From the NCBI GenBank assembly GCA_041651455.1, contig JBAZJG010000001.1, positions 77,173-141,172 of the forward strand: DNA of 64,000 bases. Reading direction: 5' to 3'. Position numbers and translations under genes: made by a program. The notes beneath the pieces are model-generated. The model made no database searches. It worked only from the letters and a program-made list of their open reading frames with translations, and was not told where the DNA came from. Within the stretch, counting starts at the first letter, position 1. Each line of letters opens with the position of its first letter. Positions 28,992 to 38,969 of this stretch are shown piece by piece. Source of the stretch: Candidatus Omnitrophota bacterium (lineage in GTDB: Bacteria > Omnitrophota > Gorgyraeia > Pluralincolimonadales > Pluralincolimonadaceae).

Positions 28992-30122
28992 ATGAAAGTT
29001 GCGCTGTTCGAGCTCGTAAGGCAGTATAACGCGCTGAAAGGCGAGATCGATCCCGCGATATCGTCGGTCATAAGTAAGGGCTCATTCATCCTCGGAGAGA
29101 ATGTGTCCGGCCTGGAGCAGGAGGTCGCTTCCTTCTGCGGCGCGAAGTATGCCGCGGGAGTCGCCAACGGGACGGATGCGCTCGAGCTGGCGATAAAAGC
29201 GCTCGGGATAGGCCCCGGGGACGAGGTGATAACTGTGCCGTTCACGTTCATAGCGACGACGGAAGCCATATGCCTTAACGGTGCGACGCCGGTGCTCGTC
29301 GATATCGAGCCGGATACGTTCAATATGGACGCATCGCAGATAGAGAAGAAGATAACGAAGAGGACGAAGGCGGTCATACCGGTCCATCTTTTCGGGCAGG
29401 CATGCGACATGTCGGCCGTTGAGACGGCCTCCAAAAAACACGGGATCAAGGTCATCGAAGATTGCGCGCAGGCGATCGGCGCGGAATATAAGGGGAGGAA
29501 GGTCGGCTCGTTCGGGGATATAGGGTGTTTCAGTTTCTTTCCGAGCAAGAACCTCGGATGCTTCGGCGACGGAGGCATGGTGACTACCTCGGACAAGGAG
29601 ACCGCAGACAAAATAAAGATGCTTCGCGTCCACGGGCAGGCACAGAGGTACCGCCACGAGATAGAGGGCCGCAACAGCAGGCTCGACGAACTTCAGGCCT
29701 CGATACTGCGCGTAAAACTGCGCCACCTCGACGGGTGGAACGAGTCACGCAGGAGGAACGCGGCATATTACGACAAGGCGTTCGCGCCTCTTAAGGCGTC
29801 GGGAAAAGCCGTATTACCCGTCGAAGCCGAAGGGCGAAAGCATGTATATAATATTTATAATATAAGGATCCCGGGCGGGAACAGGGACGGGCTAAGGGAA
29901 GCACTTACCGCGAAGGGAGTCGGCACGGCGGTATACTATCCGATACCGCTGCACCTGCAGCCGGTATATGCGAAATACGGATGGAAGAAAGGTGATTTCC
30001 CTGTGAGCGAGAAGGCCTGCGATGAGGTCCTCGCATTGCCCGTATATCCCGAGCTTGAGAAGGAAGAGCTGGAATATACCGCGCGATGCGTAAAGGAATA
30101 CTTAGCAGGGAGCAGGATATGA
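28992..30122 (+). CDS. DegT/DnrJ/EryC1/StrS family PLP-dependent sugar aminotransferase
   Basis: A DegT-type fold is present, with the lysine region [16 protein letters not shown]. Confidence 0.85.
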   Translation: MKVALFELVRQYNALKGEIDPAISSVISKGSFILGENVSGLEQEVASFCGAKYAAGVANGTDALELAIKALGIGPGDEVITVPFTFIATTEAICLNGATPVLVDIEPDTFNMDASQIEKKITKRTKAVIPVHLFGQACDMSAVETASKKHGIKVIEDCAQAIGAEYKGRKVGSFGDIGCFSFFPSKNLGCFGDGGMVTTSDKETADKIKMLRVHGQAQRYRHEIEGRNSRLDELQASILRVKLRHLDGWNESRRRNAAYYDKAFAPLKASGKAVLPVEAEGRKHVYNIYNIRIPGGNRDGLREALTAKGVGTAVYYPIPLHLQPVYAKYGWKKGDFPVSEKACDEVLALPVYPELEKEELEYTARCVKEYLAGSRI

Positions 30123-31051
30123 AGGTACTGATAACGGGCGGCGCGGGATTCATAGGTTCGCACTTGTGTGATCACTTGCTGGCAAAAGGCCATTCGGTAA
30201 TATGCGTCGATAACCTGATAACCGGCAAGATCGAGAACATCGCCCACCTCAGGAACTCGCGCACGGATTTCAAGTTCGTCAGGCATAACGTATCCGAACG
30301 GATGAACATAGGCGGGCCCGTCGATTATGTGCTGCATTTCGCGTCTCCGGCAAGCCCGGTCGATTACCATAAATACCCGATACCTACGTTGAAGGTAGGA
30401 AGCCTGGGTACCCACAATGCCCTCGGTCTGGCAAAGGCCAAAGGGGCAAAATTCCTGCTTGCTTCCACGAGCGAGGTCTACGGCGATCCGCTGGTAAACC
30501 CTCAGCCCGAGTCGTATTGGGGCAATGTCAACCCGATCGGCCCGAGGGGAGTATACGACGAGGCGAAGAGGTTCGCCGAAGCAATGACAATGGCATACCA
30601 CCGCGTTCATGGCGTGGACACGAGGATAGTAAGGATATTCAATACGTACGGCCCGAGGATGAGGAAGAACGACGGAAGGGCTGTCCCGAATTTTATCATG
30701 CAAGCCCTTACGGGAAAGGCACTTACAATATATGGCAAGGGCGCCCAGACGCGCAGTTTTTGTTATGTAGATGACCTTGTAAGGGGCATATATGCCCTAA
30801 TGTTTTCAAGGATCAACGAGCCGGTTAACATCGGTAATCCAAATGAGGTCACCGTACTGGAGATAGCCAAGACCATAATAAAGATAACCGGGAGCAAGTC
30901 GAAGATAACCCACAAAGCGCTTCCCGAGGATGACCCGAAAGTCCGCCGCCCGGATATAAAAAGGGCAAAGAAATTCCTGAAATGGGGCCCTAAAGTGCCC
31001 CTTGAAAAAGGCCTCAGGAATACCATAAGTTACTTCAGAAATAACCGATAA
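30119..31051 (+). CDS. UDP-glucuronate decarboxylase (UXS/ArnA-Cterm-like SDR)
   Basis: The motifs [23 protein letters not shown] and FKFVRHNV are typical of UXS. The start overlaps the upstream stop as ATGA, and the track ORF start at 30086 is rejected. Confidence 0.78.
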   Translation: MKVLITGGAGFIGSHLCDHLLAKGHSVICVDNLITGKIENIAHLRNSRTDFKFVRHNVSERMNIGGPVDYVLHFASPASPVDYHKYPIPTLKVGSLGTHNALGLAKAKGAKFLLASTSEVYGDPLVNPQPESYWGNVNPIGPRGVYDEAKRFAEAMTMAYHRVHGVDTRIVRIFNTYGPRMRKNDGRAVPNFIMQALTGKALTIYGKGAQTRSFCYVDDLVRGIYALMFSRINEPVNIGNPNEVTVLEIAKTIIKITGSKSKITHKALPEDDPKVRRPDIKRAKKFLKWGPKVPLEKGLRNTISYFRNNR

Positions 31052-31079
31052 AAACCCCTTCCGATATCATTATTTCCCC

Positions 31080-31113
31080 TTGACACGACATAGGTTATAA
31101 CGTAAAATATAAT
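31080..31113 (+). promoter_or_regulatory. Putative sigma70-like promoter (TTGACA-17 nt-TAAAAT, with an overlapping TATAAT) for the internal regulatory module
   Basis: TTGACA lies at 31080-31085, TAAAAT at 31103-31108 and tataat at 31108-31113, all within an 81-nt AT-rich intergenic gap. Confidence 0.35.
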
Positions 31114-31132
31114 CGTTCATACCTAGAACGTT

Positions 31133-31744
31133 ATGCCTACTAACGACAGTTTCCAAAGACCAACTGAAGACTTGCGAAATCTTCAGTTGCTGGAGGAGAT
31201 CTCCAGGGATTCCACCGCTTCCCAGAGAAAATTGTCCGAGAAGCTGGGCGTGGCGCTTGGCGTTACCAACGCGTGCCTGAAGAAGATGGCCAAGAAGGGC
31301 TATATAAAAATAAAGGGCATAAACCATAAGCGCATCTCGTATTACCTGACCCCGGAAGGATTCACCGAGAAGACGAGGCTCACCTACCATTTCCTCGAAT
31401 ATACCGTCAGCTACTACATAAACCTCAAGAAGAACCTCTCCGACAAGATGAAACACATATCGGGGCAGGGCGTAAAACGCGCCGTATTCTACGGCGCGGG
31501 CGACGTGATGGAAGTCGCGTTCGTGATATCGCATGAGGCGAATATCGAGCTGCTTGGGATAATCGACGATGACCCGCAGAAACAAGGGACGAAGAAGTTC
31601 AATTACACGATCGGCGGCCCCGGCGCGATAAAGGAGCTTAATCCCGACGCGATAATAGTCACGTCGATACGATACAAGGACAAGATAATGAAGAACATAA
31701 ACGCTGACCAGGACCTGTCGAAGGTCCCGGTCTTTTATTTTTAG
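31133..31744 (+). CDS. Winged-HTH regulator with a C-terminal Rossmann-like domain of the CoA_binding_3 / WcaJ-N-terminal type
   Basis: An N-terminal wHTH region (LSEKLGVALGVTNACLKKMAKKGYI) and a C-terminal VFYGAGDV...LLGIIDDDPQKQG...AIIVT are present, the latter resembling the N-domain of polyprenyl-P sugar transferases and PglD/NeuD. Confidence 0.45.
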   Translation: MPTNDSFQRPTEDLRNLQLLEEISRDSTASQRKLSEKLGVALGVTNACLKKMAKKGYIKIKGINHKRISYYLTPEGFTEKTRLTYHFLEYTVSYYINLKKNLSDKMKHISGQGVKRAVFYGAGDVMEVAFVISHEANIELLGIIDDDPQKQGTKKFNYTIGGPGAIKELNPDAIIVTSIRYKDKIMKNINADQDLSKVPVFYF

Positions 31745-31752
31745 GCGGAGAT

Positions 31753-32262
31753 ATGATAGCCCCGGCGCTCAATTGGTACGCGGTAAGGACGAGGTCGAAC
31801 TACGAGTTCAAGGTAAGCTGCCTGCTCGGAAAGCGTTCCGTCAATACATTCTATCCCACCGTACTGAAATGGAGCAGGAGGAAGGACAGGAAGATGAAGG
31901 TCGCAAGGCCGCTCTTCCCGGGATATCTTTTCGTCGAATGCCCTGCGAACCCGAGAGACTGGCTCGGAATAAAACAGACGGAAGGAGTCGTGAGCATACT
32001 AGGCTCGAAAGCAACGCCGCTTCCTATACCTGACGACCAGATAGAAAGCGTAAGGAAGATAGTCGAGTCGGGCATCGACCCCATACCTCACCCGTATCTC
32101 AAGGAGGGCGAGAGGGTAGTCGTCGTTGACGGGCCGATGAGGGGAGCCGTAGGGATATTCAACAGGTTCAACGATAAGAAGGGTACGCTCGTGATAACGG
32201 TAGACCTGCTCGGCAGGTCATTGGCCGCGGAAGTGGACACAAACGTAGTCGAAAGGCTGTAG
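31753..32262 (+). CDS. NusG-family paralog (UpxY/RfaH/LoaP-like operon-specific antiterminator)
   Basis: The NGN domain WYAVRTRSNYEFKV and the KOW motif GERVVVVDGPMRGAVGIF are present. The protein is 169 aa and sits at the head of a long glycan operon. Confidence 0.7.
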   Translation: MIAPALNWYAVRTRSNYEFKVSCLLGKRSVNTFYPTVLKWSRRKDRKMKVARPLFPGYLFVECPANPRDWLGIKQTEGVVSILGSKATPLPIPDDQIESVRKIVESGIDPIPHPYLKEGERVVVVDGPMRGAVGIFNRFNDKKGTLVITVDLLGRSLAAEVDTNVVERL

Positions 32263-32362
32263 AACAGGCAAAAACAGACAAGAATATGGCGCTAAGTTAC
32301 AAGAATGTAACCGAAAGGGACGGAGTCCGCGTAGTGAAACGAAGTGTCCCGCCGCAGCGGGA

Positions 32363-33481
32363 TTGGAGGCTATCATGATCCGTTTAGCATATCCTGACCT
32401 CTCGTTCAAGGAGGTCTCGGCTGAGTTGAAGAAGGTCATCGATTCCGGATGGCTGACAAAAGGGCCTAAGACCGAAGAGCTCGAGTCCGCCGCGAAAAAA
32501 TACCTGAAGGTGAAAGAGGCGGTGGCGGTAAGTTCGGGCACCGCCGCGCTGCATCTTTCCCTGCTCGCGCTCGGTATAGGCAGGGGCGACGAGGTGATAG
32601 TCCCGGATTTCACGTTCCCCGCCGCGGCGAACGTGGTAGAGATAGTCGGTGCCAGGGCGGTCCTTGCCGACATAGACAGGGATACGCTTAACATAGATAC
32701 GGGCGACATGCGCCGGAAGATAAACAGGAAGACAAAGGCCGTCATACCGGTGCACCAGTTCGGGCATCCGGCAGAGATGGACGAGATAAAGGCCGCGGCC
32801 GGGAAGCGCGGGATCCGCGTGGTGGAGGACGCCGCATGCGCGTTCGGCGCGAAATATAAGGGCAGGATGTGCGGATCTATCGGCGACCTCGGGTGTTTCA
32901 GCTTCCATCCGCGCAAAGTCATATCGACAGGGGAAGGCGGGCTTATAACCACAAACGACGCGAAGCTCGCGAGGTCGTTGAGGAAGTTCAGGGAACACGG
33001 GATGGAACTCTCCGGCAGCGAGAGGATATTCTCGGAAGCGGGGTTCAATTACAGGATATCGGAGATATCATCGGTGCTGGGCATAGCGCAGGTCGGGAAG
33101 GTCGAGAAGATAATAAGCAGGAGGCTTGCGCTTGCAGTAAGATTCAGGAAGGCGATATCCGGGATAGGCGGCTTGCGCGTGGTCCCGGAGAAAGTTCCGG
33201 CCGGATACAGGCATATATACCAGTCCTTCATAATAGCGGTAGACGGCAGGAAGGAAGTGCCGGGCCTTATATCACACCTGAGGAAAAAAGGCATAGAGGC
33301 GACGATCAGCAACATAGTGATACACCGCCAGCCATATTACAGGAAGAAATACGCTTTGAAGGACCGGGATTATCCCGGCTCGGTCTGGGCTTATGAGCAC
33401 TGCATCGCGCTGCCGTTCCATACGAAGATGGGCGACGGCGATATCGGGTATATCTCAAAAATATTAAGGGAGGCGATATGA
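32363..33481 (+). CDS. DegT-family PLP aminotransferase (WbpE-like UDP-3-keto-sugar aminotransferase)
   Basis: A DegT fold is present, with FSFHPRKVISTGEGG. Confidence 0.82.
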   Translation: MEAIMIRLAYPDLSFKEVSAELKKVIDSGWLTKGPKTEELESAAKKYLKVKEAVAVSSGTAALHLSLLALGIGRGDEVIVPDFTFPAAANVVEIVGARAVLADIDRDTLNIDTGDMRRKINRKTKAVIPVHQFGHPAEMDEIKAAAGKRGIRVVEDAACAFGAKYKGRMCGSIGDLGCFSFHPRKVISTGEGGLITTNDAKLARSLRKFREHGMELSGSERIFSEAGFNYRISEISSVLGIAQVGKVEKIISRRLALAVRFRKAISGIGGLRVVPEKVPAGYRHIYQSFIIAVDGRKEVPGLISHLRKKGIEATISNIVIHRQPYYRKKYALKDRDYPGSVWAYEHCIALPFHTKMGDGDIGYISKILREAI

Positions 33482-34479
33482 TAACCCTCGCGCAGGCTGG
33501 TCTTGGAAGGTGGGGACAGAACCACTACCGCGTATTTTCGGGCCTCAAGGATTGCCGCATGAAGATATGCTGCGACAAGAGCAAGGATGTGCTCGACAAG
33601 GTCGCTGGCAAGGAGGCCGTAAAAACGACGGAATACGACAACATAATCAGGGACCCGGAGGTGGACGCGGTAATTATTACTACGCCGTCGGAGACTCACG
33701 CCGGGCTGACGGTTAAGGCGCTCTCCGCCGGGAAGCATGTTTTCGTCGAGAAGCCCCTCGCATTGAAGGTGGAGGATGCGCAGGAGATGCTGAAGGCCGC
33801 GGAAAAGAACAAGAAGGTCCTGATGGTCGGCCACCTGCTGTTATACCATCCCGCCGTAGAGAAGATAAAATCCTACATAGACAAGGGCGAACTCGGCGAC
33901 TTGCATTATATGTATTCAACGAGGGTAAACCTTGGTCAGGTCAGGGCGGAAGAGAACGCGCTATGGAGCCTGACGGCCCACGATATTTCGGTCGCGATAT
34001 ACCTGACGGGAAGGATGCCCATAGAAGTATCGGCTACCGGCAAATGCTACATTAGGGATTTCGTCCAGGACGTCGTCTTTGTCTCGCTCGCCTTCGACGA
34101 CAAGCTTATGGCGCATGTCCACGCAAGCTGGCTCGACCCGCATAAGATAAGGCAGTTCACGGTGGTCGGGTCGAAGAAGATGGTCGTCTTCGATGACATA
34201 GAGGCGACAGAGAAGATAAGGGTCTACGATAAGGGAGTGGACTGGACAAAGAATTACGGGAACTATGACGCGTTCCTTACCGTGCGCCAGGGGGACATCT
34301 ATATCCCGAAAGTAGATATGGTCGAACCGCTGAAGGTCGAATGCAGGCATTTCGTGGATTGCGTAAAAGAAAACAAGAGGCCGCTTACGGACGGAGAGAA
34401 CGGCCTCAAGGTACTCAAGGTCCTTGCGGCGGCACAGGAATCGCTTGAGCAAAACGGGAGGCCCGTAAAAATTGGCTGA
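33478..34479 (+). CDS. Gfo/Idh/MocA family oxidoreductase (WbpB-like UDP-GlcNAcA 3-dehydrogenase)
   Basis: An N-terminal Rossmann fold and the EKPLA motif are present. Confidence 0.75.
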   Translation: MITLAQAGLGRWGQNHYRVFSGLKDCRMKICCDKSKDVLDKVAGKEAVKTTEYDNIIRDPEVDAVIITTPSETHAGLTVKALSAGKHVFVEKPLALKVEDAQEMLKAAEKNKKVLMVGHLLLYHPAVEKIKSYIDKGELGDLHYMYSTRVNLGQVRAEENALWSLTAHDISVAIYLTGRMPIEVSATGKCYIRDFVQDVVFVSLAFDDKLMAHVHASWLDPHKIRQFTVVGSKKMVVFDDIEATEKIRVYDKGVDWTKNYGNYDAFLTVRQGDIYIPKVDMVEPLKVECRHFVDCVKENKRPLTDGENGLKVLKVLAAAQESLEQNGRPVKIG

Positions 34480-35044
34480 GAAAAAATATTTGGTTCATAG
34501 GTCCTCGTATATAGACAAGGGCGTCAAGATCGGCGCCGGCACGAAGATCTGGCATTTCTGCCACGTGCTGGAGGGCTCCGAAATTGGCCGCGGCTGCAAA
34601 ATAGGGCAGAACGTAGTGATAGGCCCCGACGCGCGGATAGGCGATAATGTAAAGATACAGAATAACGTATCCGTCTACAAAGGGGTGGTCCTCGAGGACG
34701 ACGTCTTCTGCGGGCCGTCATGCGTATTCACGAACGTATTCAATCCGCGAAGCGCGGTCCCGCGCATGGACGAGATAAGGCCGACGCTCGTAAGGAAAGG
34801 CGCCTCGATCGGCGCTAACGCGACGGTCGTCTGCGGGATCACGATAGGAAGGAACGCTTTTATCGGCGCGGGCGCAGTGGTGACGAAAAACGTGCCGGAC
34901 TTCGCTCTGGTATACGGGAATCCGGCCAGGCAACGCGGATGGATATGCGAATGCGGAGAGAAACTGGTGTTCAAGGCAGGGTCTGCACGTTGCAAGTCAT
35001 GCGGTAAGAAGTATTTCAAACGCGGCCTTTTGGTTAGAAAATAA
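34472..35044 (+). CDS. Left-handed beta-helix sugar N-acetyltransferase (WbpD/WlbB-like) with a C-terminal Cys4 zinc ribbon
   Basis: Hexapeptide repeats (IGAGTKIW..., IGRGCKIGQNVVIG..., IGDNVKIQNNVSV) are followed by CECGEK...CKSCGKKY. Confidence 0.75.
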   Translation: MAEKKYLVHRSSYIDKGVKIGAGTKIWHFCHVLEGSEIGRGCKIGQNVVIGPDARIGDNVKIQNNVSVYKGVVLEDDVFCGPSCVFTNVFNPRSAVPRMDEIRPTLVRKGASIGANATVVCGITIGRNAFIGAGAVVTKNVPDFALVYGNPARQRGWICECGEKLVFKAGSARCKSCGKKYFKRGLLVRK

Positions 35045-35065
35045 AAAGAGAGGTATTTCGCGTTA

Positions 35066-35950
35066 ATGCCGAATATTACTAAAAATTGGGATGCAGATAA
35101 TAATGTGGTATCGGAAAAGACATACAGCCGTCCGGTAATCATAATCAGACCGCCATCTGGAGCATTCTATCTGGACTTAAGGGAATTATGGTCATATAGA
35201 GAGCTGGCATTTTTCTTCGTATGGCGCGATATTAAGATAAGGTACAAACAAACGATAATGGGGGCGATGTGGGCAGTATTCCAGCCATTCTTTGCAATGG
35301 TGGTATTCACGGTATTTTTCGGGAAACTTGCGAAGATGCCATCGGATGGTATCCCGTATCCGGTATTCGTATATGTGGGACTTCTCTTGTGGAATTATTT
35401 TGCATTCGGACTTGCGCATGCAAGCAACAGCATGATCAGCAATTCTAATATAATCCAAAAGATCTATTTTCCCAGACTGATAATCCCCCTTGCATCATCC
35501 CTTATAGGATTAATAGATTTTGCGGTCGCCTCGGTAATCCTGGCTATGCTAATGGTATATTATAGTTATGTACCCAATTTTAGCGGTTTGGTATATGTGC
35601 CGTTCTTGTTGCTTATTGCATTTTTTAGTTCTCTGGGTATAGGCAGTATTCTTGCGTCACTGAACGTTAAATACAGGGACGTCCAGTATATAATTCCATT
35701 TTTCATCCAAATGATGATGTTCCTTACCCCCGTGATCTATCCCGCGAGTATTGTAGGAAGCAAGTACCGGTGGATCCTTTCGCTTAATCCGATGACCGCA
35801 GTAATAGAAACGGCCAGGGCCGCGATTTTCGGTAATAGTCGTGTTGATATACACTCACTTTGCATATCAGGCGCAGTTAGCCTCTTCTTATTCATATTCG
35901 GTGTTGTTTATTTCAGGAAAACAGAAAGGTATTTCGCGGACATAATCTAA
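35066..35950 (+). CDS. wzm: ABC-2 type polysaccharide export permease (Wzm)
   Basis: Six TM helices and the motifs LDLRELWSYRELAFFFVWRDIKIRYKQT are present. The GC content drops sharply starting at this gene. Confidence 0.8.
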   Translation: MPNITKNWDADNNVVSEKTYSRPVIIIRPPSGAFYLDLRELWSYRELAFFFVWRDIKIRYKQTIMGAMWAVFQPFFAMVVFTVFFGKLAKMPSDGIPYPVFVYVGLLLWNYFAFGLAHASNSMISNSNIIQKIYFPRLIIPLASSLIGLIDFAVASVILAMLMVYYSYVPNFSGLVYVPFLLLIAFFSSLGIGSILASLNVKYRDVQYIIPFFIQMMMFLTPVIYPASIVGSKYRWILSLNPMTAVIETARAAIFGNSRVDIHSLCISGAVSLFLFIFGVVYFRKTERYFADII

Positions 35951-35954
35951 AAAT

Positions 35955-37238
35955 ATGGAAAATAACATTATTGAGATAAAAGGGGTCTCGAAAAGGTACA
36001 AAATTGGCAGAGGAGACAGATATCTGGCGCTTAGAGACAAGCTCACGTATTTTATGAACCCGTTGAATATGTTCAGGAAGGGAAAACGAAAAAGTCCAGG
36101 CGAAGAATTCTACGCGCTTAAGGATGTTAACCTTAACGTAAGGAAAGGCGAGATAGTCGGTATTATCGGAAGGAACGGTGCCGGTAAGACAACATTGCTT
36201 AAAATTATATCGAGGATTACTTATCCATCCGGGGGTGAGATAAAGATATACGGAAGAGTTGCCAGCCTGCTGGAGGTGGGAACGGGATTCCATCCCGAAT
36301 TGACCGGAAGAGAAAACGTATATTTCAACGGGTCCATCCTCGGGATGAAGAAGAGTGAAATAACCAGGAAGTTTGATGAGATCGTGGCATTTGCGGAGGT
36401 CGAGAAATTCATCGATATGCCGGTTAAGCGGTACTCAAGCGGCATGCAGGTAAGGCTTGCGTTTGCAGTTGCGGCCCATCTCGAACCCGAGATCTTGCTT
36501 ATAGACGAGGTGCTATCGGTAGGAGACATAACGTTCCAGAAGAAAAGCCTCGGGAAGATGGAGAATGTGGCGAGAGAAGGCAGGACCGTTCTTTTTGTTA
36601 GCCATAATATGGGAGCGGTGCAGAGGCTGTGCAACCGCGCCGTTTTGCTGAATAACGGTTTGGTGGTTGAGGACGGCGACGTAAACGAAGTTACGGAAAA
36701 ATATATGAGCTACGGCTTGAATAAGGCCGGGGAAAGGATATGGAGCGAAGAGAACTCCCCCGGAGATGATGTTGTTCGGTTGAGAAGAATTTGTGTAATG
36801 AACGCGAAGGGCGAAATTAAAGTGGAGTTCAATACACACGAAGGGATATTTGTTTCGGTTGAATATGCGGTCTTAAAAAACAACTATCCGTTAAATACTC
36901 TTCTCTATTTCCTCGATGAAGAGGGGATTACGAAATTCGTTTCCATGGATAATCTTGATTCCCCATGGAAGGATACGGTAAGGCCCGCAGGATTATACAG
37001 GTGCACATGTGAAGTCCCTCCTGACCTGTTGAACGAAGGCACTATAAGGATAAATGTAATCGTAACAACGAGCCCGTATAACCTACACGCGAGGGACTCT
37101 GATGTGCTCGTCTTCAAGGTTATAGACGACATGAGCAACAGCGGGGTAAGGGGGAATTACCCGCGTGAATGGCCTGCCGCGGTAGTAAGGCCGAGGCTTA
37201 ACTGGAAAGTGGAGATGTTGAACCATGGAAAAGGATAA
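35955..37238 (+). CDS. wzt: Polysaccharide export ABC transporter ATP-binding protein (Wzt) with a C-terminal glycan-binding domain
   Basis: Walker A GRNGAGKTT, the signature YSSGMQVRLAFA and a Walker B are followed by a C-terminal extension of about 180 aa. Confidence 0.85.
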   Translation: MENNIIEIKGVSKRYKIGRGDRYLALRDKLTYFMNPLNMFRKGKRKSPGEEFYALKDVNLNVRKGEIVGIIGRNGAGKTTLLKIISRITYPSGGEIKIYGRVASLLEVGTGFHPELTGRENVYFNGSILGMKKSEITRKFDEIVAFAEVEKFIDMPVKRYSSGMQVRLAFAVAAHLEPEILLIDEVLSVGDITFQKKSLGKMENVAREGRTVLFVSHNMGAVQRLCNRAVLLNNGLVVEDGDVNEVTEKYMSYGLNKAGERIWSEENSPGDDVVRLRRICVMNAKGEIKVEFNTHEGIFVSVEYAVLKNNYPLNTLLYFLDEEGITKFVSMDNLDSPWKDTVRPAGLYRCTCEVPPDLLNEGTIRINVIVTTSPYNLHARDSDVLVFKVIDDMSNSGVRGNYPREWPAAVVRPRLNWKVEMLNHGKG

Positions 37239-37980
37239 GGACTCTATAATATTGGTCACCTGCGGCGATTCGATAAGTATGCCGCGCTCCTTCGACGGTA
37301 TCCGTTGCGGTCATACTTATTCCGAGATAGTAAAGAAGAGTCTACAGGAAAAATATAAGGATAAAGAGGTATTTCTGTTCAACCGAGCGCTGGGAGGGGA
37401 GAGTATAGCTACCCTTTTCAGGATATTCCAGACCGACATACAGTATTTTGGAAAAGACGGAAGAAAGATACTTATATTGAGCGCAGGAATAGTAGATTGC
37501 GCGCTCAGGCCAATACCTCTTTGGTTGAAAAGAAAGATAGGCGTCATGCCTTCCGTTGTAAGAGAACCGATTATAAAATTCCTGCATAATAATAGAGCCA
37601 GGTTATTCGGATTGGGGCTTAAATGGAGGGTGACGTCTCCCGGAAGGTTCAAGCGCATATACTGCAATATACTTGCTGAAGCCTCCAAAGCATTTTCGAA
37701 AGTGTATGTCTTTACCATTATGCCGACGACTAAAAAGACAGAGAAGCATTCGCCCGGACTTACGTCAAGTATCGACCTCTATAACAGTATAATAAGGGAT
37801 ATAGTGAGCGTGCTTGCTCTCCCTAATATAGAGCTGATCGACATTAATGAGATGATAAACGAGGAAAAATATGACGTTGAAGATGTGGTTAACAATTCAG
37901 ACGGAATCCACCTGACCGTAAAAGGGCACAGAGTATTTGCGGATAAAATACTGGAAAGAGAAAAAAATGAGATCTTGTAA
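37225..37980 (+). CDS. SGNH/GDSL hydrolase family protein (candidate glycan esterase/O-acyltransferase)
   Basis: Block I VTCGDSISM and block V SDGIHLT are present. Confidence 0.6.
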   Translation: MEKDKDSIILVTCGDSISMPRSFDGIRCGHTYSEIVKKSLQEKYKDKEVFLFNRALGGESIATLFRIFQTDIQYFGKDGRKILILSAGIVDCALRPIPLWLKRKIGVMPSVVREPIIKFLHNNRARLFGLGLKWRVTSPGRFKRIYCNILAEASKAFSKVYVFTIMPTTKKTEKHSPGLTSSIDLYNSIIRDIVSVLALPNIELIDINEMINEEKYDVEDVVNNSDGIHLTVKGHRVFADKILEREKNEIL

Positions 37981-38968
37981 AGCCAAGACGATACACGAGA
38001 GATTGACAGGTTTTGACAAGTTCAGCCGTTCCCTGGAACCTCCGTTCCCGAAAGACATGCTTATTGAGCTAACAAACGCATGTAACAATAAATGCCTATT
38101 TTGCGCGAACAGGAAAATGACAAGAAAAACAGGTCATATCAGGATAGGTATTCTGGATAAGGTGTTGTCTCAGGCATATGCTCTCGGGTGCCGGAACGTG
38201 GGTTTTTATACTACCGGCGAACCTTTTATATCAAGCAAACTGCCGCAATGTATCTCAATGGCAAAAAAGAAGGGATTTACGTACATTTATTTGACAACGA
38301 ACGGTGTTCTGGCGACTCCCTCGCGCGTACGAGAAGTGATCGAGGCGGGCCTGGACAGCTTGAAGTTCTCGATAAATGCGGGGACAAGAAAGACGTACAA
38401 AGAGATACATGGTAGGGACGATTTTGACAAAGTAATAGCAAACCTTAAATATGCCTCGGAGTACAGGAAGAAAGTGTCCTCGCCTTTGACCATTCATGTT
38501 TCATACGTGATCACACGAAAAAACGAGAGAGAGCAGAATCGGTTCCGTGAATTGGTAACGCCTTTTGCGGATGACGTGTTCTTCCTGAACGTGAGCAACC
38601 AGGGGGGCATGATGCCCGAGATAAAGAAAGATCTTGTGCCTGAAAATCCGAATAGGAAATTTACGTATTCAAAAAAAGTGCCGTGCAGTATGGTATTCAA
38701 CAGGTTGCATATTACCCACGAAGGGTACGTGTCTGCTTGTTGTGTCGATTTCCAGAATTACTTGATAGTGGCAGACCTTAACAAAGTTGACCTATGGAAA
38801 GCTTGGCGTAGCAGGGTATTTAAGAAAATTAGAAGACTTCATCTGGAGAATATGCTACAAGGGACTCAATGTTATAATTGCGTTTACGACAAGCAGGATA
38901 CGGTCAAGCCTTTGTTGCCTGAATACGCTGCGGCACCAGATAACATGTCAAAAAAAGGAAGGATGTAA
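37967..38968 (+). CDS. Radical SAM / SPASM(twitch)-domain protein
   Basis: The motif CNNKCLFC (Cx3Cx2C) is followed by a C-terminal Cys-rich region CSMVF...SACCVDF...CYNC. Confidence 0.72.
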   Translation: MRSCKAKTIHERLTGFDKFSRSLEPPFPKDMLIELTNACNNKCLFCANRKMTRKTGHIRIGILDKVLSQAYALGCRNVGFYTTGEPFISSKLPQCISMAKKKGFTYIYLTTNGVLATPSRVREVIEAGLDSLKFSINAGTRKTYKEIHGRDDFDKVIANLKYASEYRKKVSSPLTIHVSYVITRKNEREQNRFRELVTPFADDVFFLNVSNQGGMMPEIKKDLVPENPNRKFTYSKKVPCSMVFNRLHITHEGYVSACCVDFQNYLIVADLNKVDLWKAWRSRVFKKIRRLHLENMLQGTQCYNCVYDKQDTVKPLLPEYAAAPDNMSKKGRM

Positions 38969-38969
38969 A

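Noticed and set aside
28514-29674. A 386-aa minus-strand ORF, and other long minus-strand ORFs (for example 52037..53113, 18115..19032, 29936..30703, 15416..16165)
   Set aside because: All overlap strong plus-strand genes that have clear family signatures. None has a domain motif or a plausible RBS/operon context. They are treated as GC-driven artefacts.
31745-31760. GGCGGAGATATG upstream of the NusG paralog as an ops element
   Set aside because: It matches the ops consensus (GGCGGTAGnnTG) only partially, and it is the RBS/start region of the gene itself, not the leader of the target operon.
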